Positions 34,675-46,720 of a stretch of DNA of 64,000 bases are shown in pieces; position 1 is the first letter of the stretch, and the number at the start of each line of letters is the position of its first letter. Source of the DNA: Lama guanicoe (Eukaryota). The translations under genes were made by a program, and so were the position numbers. The DNA is taken from the NCBI GenBank assembly GCA_013239625.1, contig MU053873.1:2184524-2248523 (forward strand), read 5' to 3'. The notes under the pieces are model-generated. The model was not told the DNA's origin, did no database searches, and saw only the letters and a list, made by a program, of their open reading frames with translations.

Positions 34675-34956
34675 CCTAGGGGAGGAGCTTTTCTGCCTCT
34701 TTTGGCTTCCGGTGGCCCCAGACACTCCTTGGCTTGTGACCGCATCTCTCCAGCCTCTCCCTCTGGTGGCCTTGTCCTCTTCTCTGTGCTTTGTGAGTTT
34801 TCTCCTCTTCTTAAAAGTGCACCAGTCATGGATGTAGGGTTCACCGTAATCTAGGATGGCCTCGTCTTTATTACACCTACAAACCCTATTTTTGAATAAG
34901 GTCACATTCTCTGGTTCCAGGTTGAAGTGGCTTTTGCTGAGATTCAATCCCCCACA
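34675..34956 (-). mobile_element. MLT1C/D-like LTR fragment
   Basis: ccttggcttgtgaccgcatc...caccagtcatggat...aataaggtcacattct. Confidence 0.8.
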
Positions 34957-35029
34957 GGAGGGGTACGTTCTAAGGGCAAGTCATTCTGTTCTGGATTTTA
35001 TTCACTAATGCCCTAATAATTATAATGAC

Positions 35030-35260
35030 CGTAATAATATGTATAAAGCATCTACCATATGCCAGGCACTGTTCTGAGCATTTATACATGTCCCAATTCA
35101 TCCTTAAAATAGCTCCATTTGTTGACACATGAATCTGATTTTTACAGATGAGGAAACTGAGGGCAATGCAGTGATGTGCCCGAGGTCACCCACGCCTTAA
35201 GTGTTTCCCAGCATCGGTCCACACTGACCACAGGCCCTGGCATTCATGCAAAGGCCAAGT
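35030..35260 (-). mobile_element. MIR SINE
   Basis: atgccaggcactgttctgagc...ttttacagatgaggaaactgagg. Confidence 0.85.
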
Positions 35261-35479
35261 CTTCCTATCTGGAGCCTGGCGGGGGGCAGGCAGGGCTGTC
35301 GCTTGTCCCGCGGCCCCCAGGAGCCAGGCACTGCCTTTATAAAGGGAACGGGAGTCAAAGGTGTGGGTGCAGAGCCGCAGGGGTTGGGGGGGCGCTGCCA
35401 CCCGGCGGGCTCGCTGCCCACGCCAGGCCGCCCTCCCAGGCACGTCACTTCTGTCGCTGCTGCCTCGGCCAGGCGTAGG

Positions 35480-35820
35480 CAGCCCGCAAGTAAACAGTGT
35501 CTGAAACCTATTCTCATTAGGCTAATTTACGAATAAATTACCATATTCAATGGCCTTATTTTTACTGCTCGTTAACAGGCCCATGATAGGATGATAATTA
35601 CAGGATTTTAAGTGGCTAATGGCAGCTGGGGCGTCAAAAGCAGTTTTTATGAATCTGTTTATGGCTGCGAAGGTGACAGTAGGGGAGGGACATTGAAATG
35701 TTGAAATCACACTTTGGGAAAAAAAGCTTTAATTGTTGAGTATTTATTAGAGAGGAGGGAAGGGTGTAATTTAAAATATGAAACCCCGAAAAACAAAGGA
35801 AATTAATTAGTCTTCCCCTC
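35480..35820. promoter_or_regulatory. AT-rich enhancer-like block with HOX/CDX and MEIS motifs
   Basis: TTTACGA 35526-35532, TTTATGG 35658-35664, TGACAG 35674-35679, many TAAT; repeat-free. Confidence 0.5.
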
Positions 35821-36194
35821 AGCACTGTGACCTTCAGGGAGTGGGCAAGGGGCGGGCAGGATCCCAGGAGCAGGACGCCAAGTTCAGGGGCGAACCTGGG
35901 CTCGTCCTCTCGGTTTGGCTTCTGCTGCCCCTACGGAGAAGGAGTCCCGAGGCCTTGGAGCATCCTGGGGTGTCTGTCCCTCTCTGCGTGGGCCCGAGAG
36001 GTCCTGCTGATGGGGATTCAGGGAGGGGTCCCGGAGAAAGGTCAGGGCCTAGCCTCCTTGAAACAGTGGCAGCCTTAGACACTCATTCTTTCCATCCCGA
36101 CCGTCATCATCTTCATCATCAGATCTCATCTATTCCAGTCCCCCCCAACTAAATTTTCCATGCATTATTTCATCCAACCCTTGCAATAACATTA

Positions 36195-36580
36195 AGAGCT
36201 AATAATTATTTTTAACATCCATCGAGGGCTCCCTGTATGCTTGCCCTGTAATGACTTCCTTAAATGTCCAAATAGGTAACCCTCATGGGATTGGTCCTAG
36301 CGTTATCATCCTCATTTTATAAAGGAGGCAACCGAGGCACAGAGAGGTTAAGCAACTTGGGCAAAATCACACAGCCAAGGCTCAGCACTGCATCCACCTG
36401 GTATGTTCAAGTCCCACTTCTTTTATCACCTCCCTCGCATTGAATCCATGGCATGATAGTGGAGTAGGCTGTAGGGCCCCATGTGACAGAGGAGGGACCA
36501 GAAGCTCAGAGAGGGTTAGCTACTTGCCAGAGGTCACAGAGCCTGAATTTCAAGGTAGGTCTCTCTGAGTCCAAACAGGC
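36195..36580 (-). mobile_element. Two MIR remnants
   Basis: gaggcacagagaggttaagcaacttgggcaaaatcacacagc; gctcagagagggttagctacttgccagaggtcacag. Confidence 0.8.
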
Positions 36581-36819
36581 AGCTAACTTGCCGAGTGGGC
36601 ATGGGTAGGTGAAAGGCAGCTGGAGAAGGATTCCGGACTTGTTAGCCTGTATCCAGGAGGAGCCTTTTAGAGGCCTCTTCCCCTCATCCTGCGGGTGTCT
36701 TTCCTGGACCCCTCCCTCTCCTGCCCACCTGCCTGCACTCCTCCTGACCATCCCCGGCCCCTCATCCCCTGGCCACTGGCCGATCCATCTCGCTCCTCCG
36801 CTTAGTATGCAGCCCTCGG

Positions 36820-37570
36820 AAAACAAACACGCAGCAGCCTGACAGTGGGAATAAATATCGCTGCGATGTTGATTAGCATTTGATCCCAGCTGGGGCTCTG
36901 GAAGCTAAAGTACTGGAATGTCTTGGCAGTTTTTTAATGCTGAATAATTTGATTAGATCAGTGACTGAGCCTGCTGCTCCTGGTGAGATAAACCCTCCCC
37001 ACATTACAGGGGCGAGAGGCAGGGGGGACGGAGGGAGCACATCCGAAGCCCCCCCAACTCCGGCTCCTCCGCCAGCCCTCGGCTTCCTGCCCTGCCTCTC
37101 TCCCCTCCTCTCCCTCTGTCTCCTCTTTCTCCCTCTCCGCTCCTCTCTCTCTTCCCTCCTCCTCCTCTCTCTTCTGCAGCTCTCCCACTCTTCCTCTCCC
37201 CTTACCCACCCCACTTCCTCCTTTTATGAAGCCTTAAATACATCATTTAATCAACTCCACAATTTCAATTTCACACAGTTGTCAGCTCGAATGTCTGATG
37301 AGGTGGTGAAGACCCCACAGATTGCGGGCAGGGGTGACAGGGCCACCAGGCCTCTGCCCCACCCCGCTCCTTCCAGCCTCAGCCCCACCCCCGGCCAGCC
37401 CGGGAGGGATTCTGGAGGGTTCTGTTCCCTCGTGGCAACTGTCAGTCAGTCATGTAGCTGTTTCTCCTGTCATCAGCGTGAAATGACCAGAGTGGGTTTC
37501 ATTATCTGCTTACTCCAAACTGGGAGGCGATATTTCTGTATGAAGGATAATAATCTCCACTTAAAACGAG
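36820..37570. promoter_or_regulatory. Repeat-free CNE-like block around a pyrimidine tract
   Basis: Paired-class homeodomain dimer site TAATTTGATTA 36945-36955; several TGACAG/CTGTCA; CT-rich tract ~37085-37222. Confidence 0.4.
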
Positions 37571-38213
37571 AATAACTTTCCCTCAGGTGGAGGAGGAGTC
37601 GGGGAAGGAAGATGACAGCCGGGGACAATCCAAGACGGGGTGAATTATCTGGGTTTTTCGAGAGAGACTTACATCGGCGAAGTCCTTAGCTGACCTGACC
37701 TAACGCAGAGCCTACCTCTTCTGAAAACTCATCTTTCCCAGCTGGGGACGTGGCAAGGAGGACACGGGGGGCTCCATGTGACTTGAAAATATGCATCTTT
37801 TCCTCCATTCCTGTCGTCTTCATCTTGTCTGAACTCGGGGCACGGCTGCTGTAAGGAGAGAGTGATGGGCTCAGACGGACAGGAAGGAGTGGGGTGGGCT
37901 AGGTTCCTATGCAGGTTCAATCACCACCGCTTCCCCCAGGCTCGGGTGCGGTGTTGCCTGAGCCCCACCAGCCACCGGGGAGCGTTGTCTTTTCTCACTA
38001 GTCCCTGCAAAGCCAGCTGACCTTCCTTTCCATCCGCCCCTGTCATCTCATCACCCGAGAGTCGGGCCCTAGCTTTATTTATTTTTCTCAAATGGATCCA
38101 GAAGCGGTTAGGGGAGGCGCTTCCCAATAATTGAGTGCTGGCGTTGTCGGGAAAAGCCACACTTGGGGCTCCCAGTGTCCTCAGGCTGTTATGGGTGAGA
38201 TGAAGCCAAGGTG

Positions 38214-38216
<3 letters not shown>

Positions 38217-38255
<39 letters not shown>

Positions 38256-38261
38256 AGTGCA

Positions 38262-38302
<41 letters not shown>
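38217..38302. repeat. Compound (GT)18 + (GA)n microsatellite
   Basis: Directly visible. Confidence 0.95.
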
Positions 38303-38304
38303 AC

Positions 38305-38490
38305 TTTGAGTTGGAGGGGCACTGAAATCAATCCAGGAGTAGATTTTCTTACTGCTGTGTGACCTTAAGTAAACCTACAGCCTCTCTGAGCCTAGAATGC
38401 CTCATGTGCGAAACAGGGGGACAATGAGAAAACCTCCTCCATCCTCCTGGTGGGACTGTATCACTACAGTCCTTACGAGTAAAATGAGAT
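38305..38490 (+). mobile_element. MIR SINE
   Basis: gctgtgtgaccttaagtaa...cctctctgagcct. Confidence 0.7.
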
Positions 38491-39433
38491 GGCACTGGGG
38501 ACCCCATTCACATCCCCTCCCACCCTGCTGTGAGCGTACTGTAATCTTTGTGGTCCTGGCCATTTACTGACCCCTGGAAGGGCCCGTGCCCACCTTCCTG
38601 ATGCATGAGTTTGGTCCTGCCTCTTCCTCTCTCCAGGCCTCAGTTTTCCCATCGTCAAGTGCTGTAAAATGGGAATATTTGTGCCTGCTGGCCAGCTCCG
38701 GGTGAGGCCTGAATCACACATGCCCAGTGCTTCTGGCTCCTTGCTACCCACTCCCACCTCCTCCTCCAATTTTTCCCTACAGGCATTGAAACCATCCTTC
38801 GGGCAAGCATGTGCTAACTGAGCTTTCCAGCTAAAATATCAAGCGGGTTCCACACCCTCAGGTTGCAGTGTGGTCTCCTTGAAGCTGGGTTCATTGCAAC
38901 TTACGTCTGTGTTCCTGGTGCCCAGCGCACAGTGTTAGGTGCACAGTAGGAACCCAACGAATGAATGAATGAATGGAAAGCCTGCCATCTGCCAGCCAGT
39001 GCCTCGACTTGTTTTCCGTACGACCCAGCCTCGCCTTCCCCGGGTGGCATTCTGAAGTTCCAGAACACAGGAGCCTACAAGAAACTGGGAATAAAGGGGT
39101 TTGATCTGCACGCTGCAAACACCTCTTGCAAAAAGTGGACTAAAAAAAGAAATGCCAGTTCCTTCTTCGGGGGAAGAGAAGGCGTCAAGACACGTTAAAC
39201 GCTTAGGAAGAAGGCGGCTGCTTGTTTTCCTCGCCTTTTGCAGGCTGGAGGTGGGGTGGGGGGAGGATCATTATTTTGCGGGCGCTCTGAAGGCAGGTGA
39301 ACGGGAAAGGCAAGCTGCAGCCTGGCACCGTGTTGCTTTGAAAAATGTAGCGCTCTCAAGGCAAGGGAAGGGTTTGATGCAATTTACAAAAGACAGACTC
39401 CCACACCTCTCGTTTCCATATGTTCCCGTTCAG

Positions 39434-39676
39434 ATCTAGCTCCCCTCCAAAGCGGCGCGGCCGCGGGCTTTGCAGCCTCTCCCGCCCGGCTGTTCAGCTG
39501 ATGCTCCGAGGACCTGCGGCTCCCAGAGGAGGAGGCAGAAGGGCTGAGCAACCGCCCGGGTGGGTTCGAGGTGCTAACAGCAGACTCCGGGCCAGGCTGT
39601 GGCAGCTAAGTGGTGCCATGGTGCCATGTGGTGCCCAGTGTGTGTGTGCAATCGGGCTGCCGCTGTCTGAGGGAAG
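39434..39676 (+). other. Candidate 243-nt exon in CpG-rich sequence (unverified)
   Basis: Pyrimidine-rich acceptor ...gttcccgttcag|, donor AAG|GTAAGA, one stop-free frame. Confidence 0.25.
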
Positions 39677-40519
39677 GTAAGAAGCTGGAAAAAATTTTAA
39701 AGTCAACCAGTAAGATCTCTGGGGCTGTGACTGCCAGTCCCTTCCCTCTGTAACAGGGTCAGCCCTCCATCGCCAGTGAGTTCACTTTTCTGTCCCAAGT
39801 AACAGTTCTTAGGTAATAAATAGGCGTGTGGCAGAAAAAAAAATTCTGGAATCAACTGAGTTTGTAAACCATCAGTTCTTCTCATCTCCCTCCCTCCTTC
39901 CCTCCCTTCCATCCATCTTTCTAGCCTGTCTTCCATTTTCCACTTCCTCCTTCCTCCCGTCTTTCTTCCACCCTCCCTCCTTTCCATTTCTGCATGCGAC
40001 CAATAATTTTTAAATGCCCAGGAATCACGCAGTTAAGACAATGTCCCTGCCCATATGGGACTTACCTTCTAAAAGAGAAGGCATGAAACCAGCCAACAAA
40101 AGAACAAGCAAGCTAAGCTCACCTAGTGACAGTTGCTAGGAAGGAGAAAAACCCAGAGCGACAAAGCAGGGCGTGATGGGTAGAGGTGGGGAGCACCACT
40201 GTAGGCAAGGTCTGGAGAGGCCCCTAAGCAGCGGTGATAGTTCCACTACCTCCTGCACGGGCAGCTGGAACCTGCCTTGCTGTGGTAAGCTGGAACCGAT
40301 TCAGTAAGGTTCTTGGCTGCAGGACTTGTCAGAGCCTTGAGGCAAAGACAAGCCGTGTGTTTTAAATGGAAGAATGGTGGTACCTTTGGAGGCCCTGTGC
40401 TAAAGGAGCATCTGGAGGGCTATGTCTTCTATGGGATGCATGTAGGGACATACCAGACTGGGGCTGTGGTTCTTCAATGGCCTAATCTTCAGGCCCTGAG
40501 CAAAAGGGCCTCTCATGTG

Positions 40520-41210
40520 TGGCCCCATTCCTCATATCACCCCAAACTCTGACTGCCATCCAGCACCAGCCACCCACTCCGTCTGCTTCCCAGGAGCCGT
40601 TCTCATGCTCGGTGCTGATCCTCGACGTCTGTTCTCATGACACACTGATGTTGGACCCTTGTGAGCCCGTTTCACTGATAAGACAACTGAGGTGCCCTGG
40701 GTTTGTGGACAGCTGGAAGTGCATCCCATTTCTCTCTTCCAGCTCAGTGCTCGCCCACCCCCTACCCCGTGGCCCACTCCCCTTGCTCAGTAGGCTTCAC
40801 CCGTTTCCAGAAACAAAACTGACTCATTCTCACCTCTGAGCCTTTTGCCTCTGCTTCTGTCCTCACCTGAAAAAATATTGTCCCCGAAACTGAAATCGCT
40901 AGTTCTCCCCCCTGGATGTGCAGCAAATCCTTCTGGAGAGCTTTTTAAAATGCAGATGCCCCAGGCCCTGCCCCAGACAGATTACATCAGACCCCCTGGG
41001 GTGGGACCCGCGTGTAAGCATTTCTCAGCTTCCTGCTTGATACCAGTGTGTCTCAAGGCCGGAGAACGCCATCCCCTTCCGGTGCCATTTATCATGGTTC
41101 CATCTCAGACATGACGGTCTCAGAGAGACCCACATCGAGGCAGTGCCCCCACCCATGGCCATCTTCCATCACTCTGCTGGGTTTCTGTTCTTCTGAGCAC
41201 TTACCAACAC
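40520..41210 (+). mobile_element. L2 remnant interrupted by MER5A (~40897-41075)
   Basis: ggagagctttttaaaatgcagatgccccaggccctgccccagac...ggggtgggaccc in L2-like pyrimidine-rich flanks. Confidence 0.7.
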
Positions 41211-41224
41211 CAGACTCAAGTGGT

Positions 41225-41660
41225 GGGAGAAAACACGCATGAATCTGCACAACATAGATGTGGCCACAGAGGATGTTCCACACGGCATTGCTTACATTAG
41301 GAGACAGCAACTGGAAACAACCTAGTTGTCCAACACTAGGGGATTGGGCAGGTGAAATATATGCATGAATGGCAAAGCACAAAACCATTTAATGACCTGC
41401 TGTAGAAAAATGTTGACTAACATGGGTAGATAGCTCCCTGTGTTCTCTCATAATTTATGGACAAGCAGGTTGCAAATCATGAGACCATGAACTTTTTCTT
41501 TTTTCAGACAGACAATACACATTTGCCAAAAGACAGACCTCAGAGATACACGCTGAACTATTAACCATGGAAGTACTCAGGGTGGGGACTATAGAGCATG
41601 CTGATGTCTTGCTTGCCTACATTTTTACAGCATGTCTGCTTTACTTTTATAATAAAGTAA
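41225..41660 (+). mobile_element. L1ME-type 3' remnant
   Basis: aggatgttccacacggcattg...aactggaaacaaccta...tgtccaacactaggggattgg. Confidence 0.7.
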
Positions 41661-41899
41661 CACAAAAGGAAAGCTCCATGCCATCCTCATCTCACCATAT
41701 TGTTTTGATTTTGAAAATCAACTGAAAGAGATTGTATAAAAATATTGACATGAGTATGAGGCTTAACCACACTTGCCTGGAAATGGTATTGCTTATGGAT
41801 TTGAATATATATAATAACATTTTTCTCAAGATGAGAAGATGCTCATCTGGAGAAAACTGTTTAGCACAGGGGGATTTCCTAAGTGGTGAACTCCTACTC

Positions 41900-42180
41900 A
41901 TCTCACAAGGCCCAGTTCACATTGCCCTTCTTCAGGGAAGTCTCTTTACCTGGAATGCCTGGAGAGGAGGCGGTGGGCTCCTTTCTTTGTTTTCCCAAAG
42001 CATCAATCCATTTCTAATTTGGAACACTTATTTGTTTTTCTCTCTGCCTACCCCATCAGACTTTGTGGCCCTGAAGGGACAGGGCCACTCTGTTTACCTC
42101 TGAATCCCCAGCTTGTAATAGAGCACTGGTACATAGTAGGTGCTCAATAGTTGCTTATTGAAAAGCTAGATGAATGAATG
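41900..42180 (+). mobile_element. L2 3' end
   Basis: ggtacatagtaggtgctcaatag...tgaatgaatg. Confidence 0.75.
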
Positions 42181-42549
42181 ACGTTCATGCCAGATTCCAT
42201 TACTCAAGTGAGGTCTTCTGAAAGTATGTGTGTAATCCTGAGCTATAAATTGAATTGTATTTTTAAATGCACTGGAGGACATGCTATTTAAAGGATCTCT
42301 GATGTAAATCCTTTTTATAAAATGAAGACATCTTGAGTAATGTGAATAATTGCTCCCTGACATATCTGTTTAGAAGCTGAGATTTTTTTTTAAAGGATCA
42401 GGAGACTATGTTTAAAAAAATTCATTTGACAAATATTTGCAAAGTACACGGTCTGTGCTAGGCCCTGTGTTGGATGTAGGCATGAAGGCAGGGCAGCCTC
42501 CACCTTTGAAGACTCACAGCCCTGGCTACACTCACTGCTAGTGTTGTCT

Positions 42550-42780
42550 CAGGGGCACAGGGACCAGCCTCAACCTCTTAAGTCGAATCCTGCCTTCTTC
42601 CCGTTCCAGCTGTGTGTCCCTCGGCTACTTACTCAATCTCTCTGAACCTCAGCTGCCACGGATGTAAGCTGAGGGTAATAAAAGTACTCACTTCCCAGTA
42701 GTCATAAAGATACAATGAGACTGTACATATAAAGTGCTTAGAAAATTGCCTGGCAGGTTACGTAGTCGCTGCTGTCACTA
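42550..42780 (+). mobile_element. MIR SINE
   Basis: ctctctgaacctcag...taaagtgcttagaa...tgcctggca. Confidence 0.8.
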
Positions 42781-43949
42781 GAAGGCGAGGTGGAAAACGT
42801 CCGTGTGAGGTGCACAGCGTGAGAAATCCTTGCCTGTTGGAGTCTCCCGGATCTATGTGGCTCTGCTTTTTCATGACAGCTAGTTATGCCTCAAAAACCT
42901 GTGCCTTGGTTGCTCCGTCTGCAAATTGAGGGTAATGATATCTATGAAAGGAATATAGCTGAATTGTAAAAAAAAGAAAAAAGAAAAAGACAAGACAAGA
43001 AAAGAAAAAAAAAGAGGCACACAAAGTGTTTCTGAGATAATTTAACTAACAACTATCTTCCTTTATGTTTCAGGAGGACAGATTATCAATTCATGCCTGT
43101 TAACATTTGCCTCTCCACCCTCTATGCCCTGCTCACGAGGAGGATTCTAGCTTGGGAAGGTCATGTTCCTCCCCTTCCCCGTTGGTGCCCTTAGGCAAGG
43201 CTTCTTCAGATGGGCTCAGCATTGAGACTGAGCCCTGTGGATGCCTGTGCCAGTGACCTCCTATGTGCACAGACGGCATGAAGGGAAAGATGGTGGCTCA
43301 TTGGCACTAGTGCCCAAAGGAACCTAGTTTTCTATATAGGATGATAGTGTTTGATAGAGATAATCATTTTCCCCCCATTTTCCAGATGGGGGAGACTGAG
43401 GCTCGAGGTCTTATAGCTGTTCAAAAGATGCAGAGCCACACCAATCTGCGATTCAGGAAAATTCCAGTTTGGAAAATAGCTTTGACAGTGGCTGTCTTTC
43501 TTTTCAAAACTACAGCTGCCTTTGAGAGAGTTTCATCACGGGCCATGATAAAGTGTTTCTAAACACTGCCCTCCTGAGAGCAGAGCACTGGACTGGAGTT
43601 TGAAGACGGGATAGGGGTGATAGGAAGCCAGAGGTGGGAGGCAGGCTGGCGTCCCACCGTGAGTCCCATTCCAGGCAGCTTCCCAAACAGTCCTGCTGTG
43701 CATTATAAACGGCAGACGTGCCCAGGTCCTAGGCTGCTCACGGACTCTCTAGGATAGAGGCTCCCCTGAGGTCATTTAGTCCAGCTCTCCCCTCTGAAAT
43801 CCTCCTTCCCGCCCCATTTTACACATGATGGAAGAGACTGGCCAGGGACATCCATTCCATGAGATTAGATGCCCAGGGCTCACACCTCGTGCCCTCTTCC
43901 TGCATCCTTGTGATGACATATTACATGCGTGTATTTAGGTCCTATTCAT

Positions 43950-44170
43950 GTATTTATTTCATGAACATAGATAGAACATCTGTCGTTTGCTAGTTCTTAT
44001 ACTTTCCAGACATTCATTCATTTCAATCCTCGTCAGCTCAGTCCTTAAAAGTAAGTACTATTATCATCCCCATTTCATAGATGCATTAACTGAGGCCTGA
44101 CAAGTTAAGCCCTCGGTCAAGGTCACACAGGACTAATGAGCCGCAAGCAGCTAGGACCCTGAGTCTCCCT
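43950..44170 (-). mobile_element. MIR SINE
   Basis: tactattatcatccccatttcatagatg...aactgaggc...caaggtcacacag. Confidence 0.8.
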
Positions 44171-44329
44171 CCCAAGCAGCCCGCGATGCTGTGCGGCTTC
44201 TCACGAACAGAAAGGGACTCACTCCATTCCAACGTCTCTTTCCTTTCCTTCTGACTTCGCCAAGGAGAAAGTCTCAACTTGATGCCACTCTGTCTTTAAC
44301 ACCTCTCCAGTGCTTACTAATATTTTTTA

Positions 44330-45090
44330 ACAAAGGGAGTGAGCCTTGGGCTCAGTGCCTTCCCGGCAACAGTGTTTAACAGGAAGTGTCATTAAGGTGG
44401 TTAAGTCTGGGACTAAATTTGCAAAATGCTACCCTTGGTAGAAACAGATTCCAAAGGATTCAGAGTCTTGCTCAAGACCTCAGAAAAGGCAGGTCACTCA
44501 GCAAGAACGAAAAAAAAAAATTGGTCTTTTGACCCCCTGCCATCTTGAGCTTTTTCAATCCAACACGGTTCCAAAATGATTCGACAAACAGCTTGAGAAC
44601 AGCGAGCAAGAGGCACAAACAATGCGGGAACACAATGAGCATCCTAAACGTTACGCAAACAGAACGGGTCACGGTTTTACCTTATTTTTATTTGGGGAAT
44701 GACTCTTTTCTCCATCCCTCTTCTCTCTGAGACACTATCCCGAAAGGGTTACAATCCCAAGAAAAGCTTTTCCGTAAGCACAAAGAACTAATGTTAGCAG
44801 ATTGGGGTTTCTGTAAATATTCATTGTAATCTGTGACTTGGTGAGCATCGAATTCCACCCTCCCGAAAGCTGCACATTTATAACTTGTGAATTCATAAAT
44901 ATTTACGAATTCACACAATCATCACTGACAAATCATTTCATCTGACAGCTCCACACAGGCTCTGCCTGGTTTCGTGAAATTCTGATCAAATCTCGCGTAA
45001 ACTTCCCGGGTGACAAGCAGAGACCATGCACAACGAAAATCACAACCAGATCCTACAGATTCGAAGGGGTCAGTAGCTGATATTTACAAC
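44330..45090. promoter_or_regulatory. Repeat-free CNE-like block with retained CpGs
   Basis: ACAGGAAGTG ~44379, TCATAAA/TTTACGA ~44893-44908, TGACAG, CGCGTAAACT 44994-45003. Confidence 0.4.
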
Positions 45091-45092
45091 AG

Positions 45093-45160
45093 CCGCCGCC
45101 GCCACCACCACCACCGCCACCACCACCACCACCGCCACCACCACCACCACCGCCACCACC
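45093..45160. repeat. Interrupted trinucleotide repeat (CCG)3(CCA)4[CCG(CCA)5]2CCG(CCA)2
   Basis: Read directly; 22 triplets. Confidence 0.95.
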
Positions 45161-46049
45161 TGGAGGAGAGAGATTTTGTTGTAGGATGGGCGGCTAGATG
45201 TTTTCAACAACTGTACATCCATTTATAGCAACGCGTCTTTGAAGGCATCAAAAATGGGACCTTGTCAGGAGGGATAACGAAGGTGTGTCATGGAAAAACA
45301 CCAGGCTGGGAGCCGGACAAGCTGGCTTTGAATTCAGAGTTGGCTGTTGGGATCTGTGTCATCTTTAACAGGTTTCCAATCCTTGCTGAACTCAGATTCT
45401 TAGCTTTGAATTCGGGATAATAAAAACAGCAACACAACAGGGTTTTTGTAATCACTGTAGATGCTGCTGGTGAAACCCCCGGTCCAGGGTCTGCCACATA
45501 GCAGGGGATTCCATAAATCCTGGTTTTATTATTACTGTTGCAAACAGTCATTGGAATTATCACGGTTTCTGGCAGGACCACGTTTTCAGTGATTTTTGAA
45601 AGCATGCAGAAGCGGTCCTGGTTCAAAGTCCTTTACTTACGCGGTTACCTGAAGCCCCCAGAGAGAAGTCATGTGCCGGGCCCCCCCTAGACTACAGGCC
45701 ACCCTAAGTGTCCTACTCGTTGGAGATTTTCTTCCATCCACCCCCTTTTGCCAGAACAAGAAATAATTTGCTACTTCCTCTGTCCCTCTCTGATTTGGTG
45801 ACTGAACGGCATCCTGGTGAATATGAGTTTGCCTCCAGGTGGGTGGGAGGAAATCCCACGGGGCCGAGTCAGGGTGCTTCGAGCCGCGTGTGGACGAGAA
45901 AATCTGACCTTGGTGATGGGAGCTGCGCCTGCCTTCTTCTCCATTTCACACAGGCCAGGCGATGAACAGTGACGATGGGTTTTGCTGACTCAATGCCAGG
46001 CACAGGATTTCTGCGGGGGCAGCTGCAATAGCTAAATCAGACGGTGCTA

Positions 46050-46720
46050 TTTCCTGGCTTAAACTCCCGTGACACTCCCCCAAGCCCTGCCCCTCCTGCA
46101 CGGCCCTCCAGCTCCCCTGGATGCCTTCTGTTACTTGAACCCAAGCGTATTCCCACCTCAGGGCTCTTGCACTTGCTGCTCCCTCTTCCTGGATGCCCTT
46201 CCTCCGAGTCTTGAGGGAGATTTTCCTTCTTGTCACCCAGGTCTCCTGTGAACTGCCACCTCCTCAGCAAGCCCCTCCTGACCCGCTACCTAGAGTCGCC
46301 ACTCTTCACCCAATCACTCTCTTTTTATTACCCATACCTGCTTTTCTTCGTAGCATTTATAATTGAAATGAAATCCTTTTCTTTTTTCTTCATTTCCATC
46401 TCCCTCCACTCCCGATGAGGTCCACCAGGGCAGAATCTTGTCTGTTACCCATTACTGCATCCCTACATCCCTAGAGCAGCACCGGGAATACAGCAGGCGA
46501 TCAATAAATCTGTTTGACTGAACAAATAGATGACTATAGTTACAAACAGGACAGGCGCAGGACCCAAATAGATGACAGGTGAACTCTAGGCTCTACCACT
46601 TGTTTGTTCCGTGATCTTGGATGAGACTTCATTACTCCATCTGTAAAATGGGCACAGTAACTGCACATCATTCATAGCACAGTGGGACTTCCGAGGTTCC
46701 ATTCACGTAAAGGGTCTGGC
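46050..46720 (+). mobile_element. L2 3' region followed by MIR
   Basis: acctcagggctcttgcacttgctg, tcaataaatctgtttgactgaa; ccatctgtaaaatgggc. Confidence 0.8.

Noticed and set aside
36880..37575. 231 aa ORF with a Leu/Ser-rich, membrane-like stretch
   Set aside because: TTG start; the hydrophobic stretch is the translated CT-rich tract
37587..37639. Possible 53-nt purine-rich exon (VEEESGKEDDSRGQSKT)
   Set aside because: Short pyrimidine tract, weak donor GGG|GTGAAT, and no partner exons or recognisable protein
45010..45228. Poly-histidine protein
   Set aside because: GTG start; the His run is only the CCA/CCG repeat, with no splice or coding support
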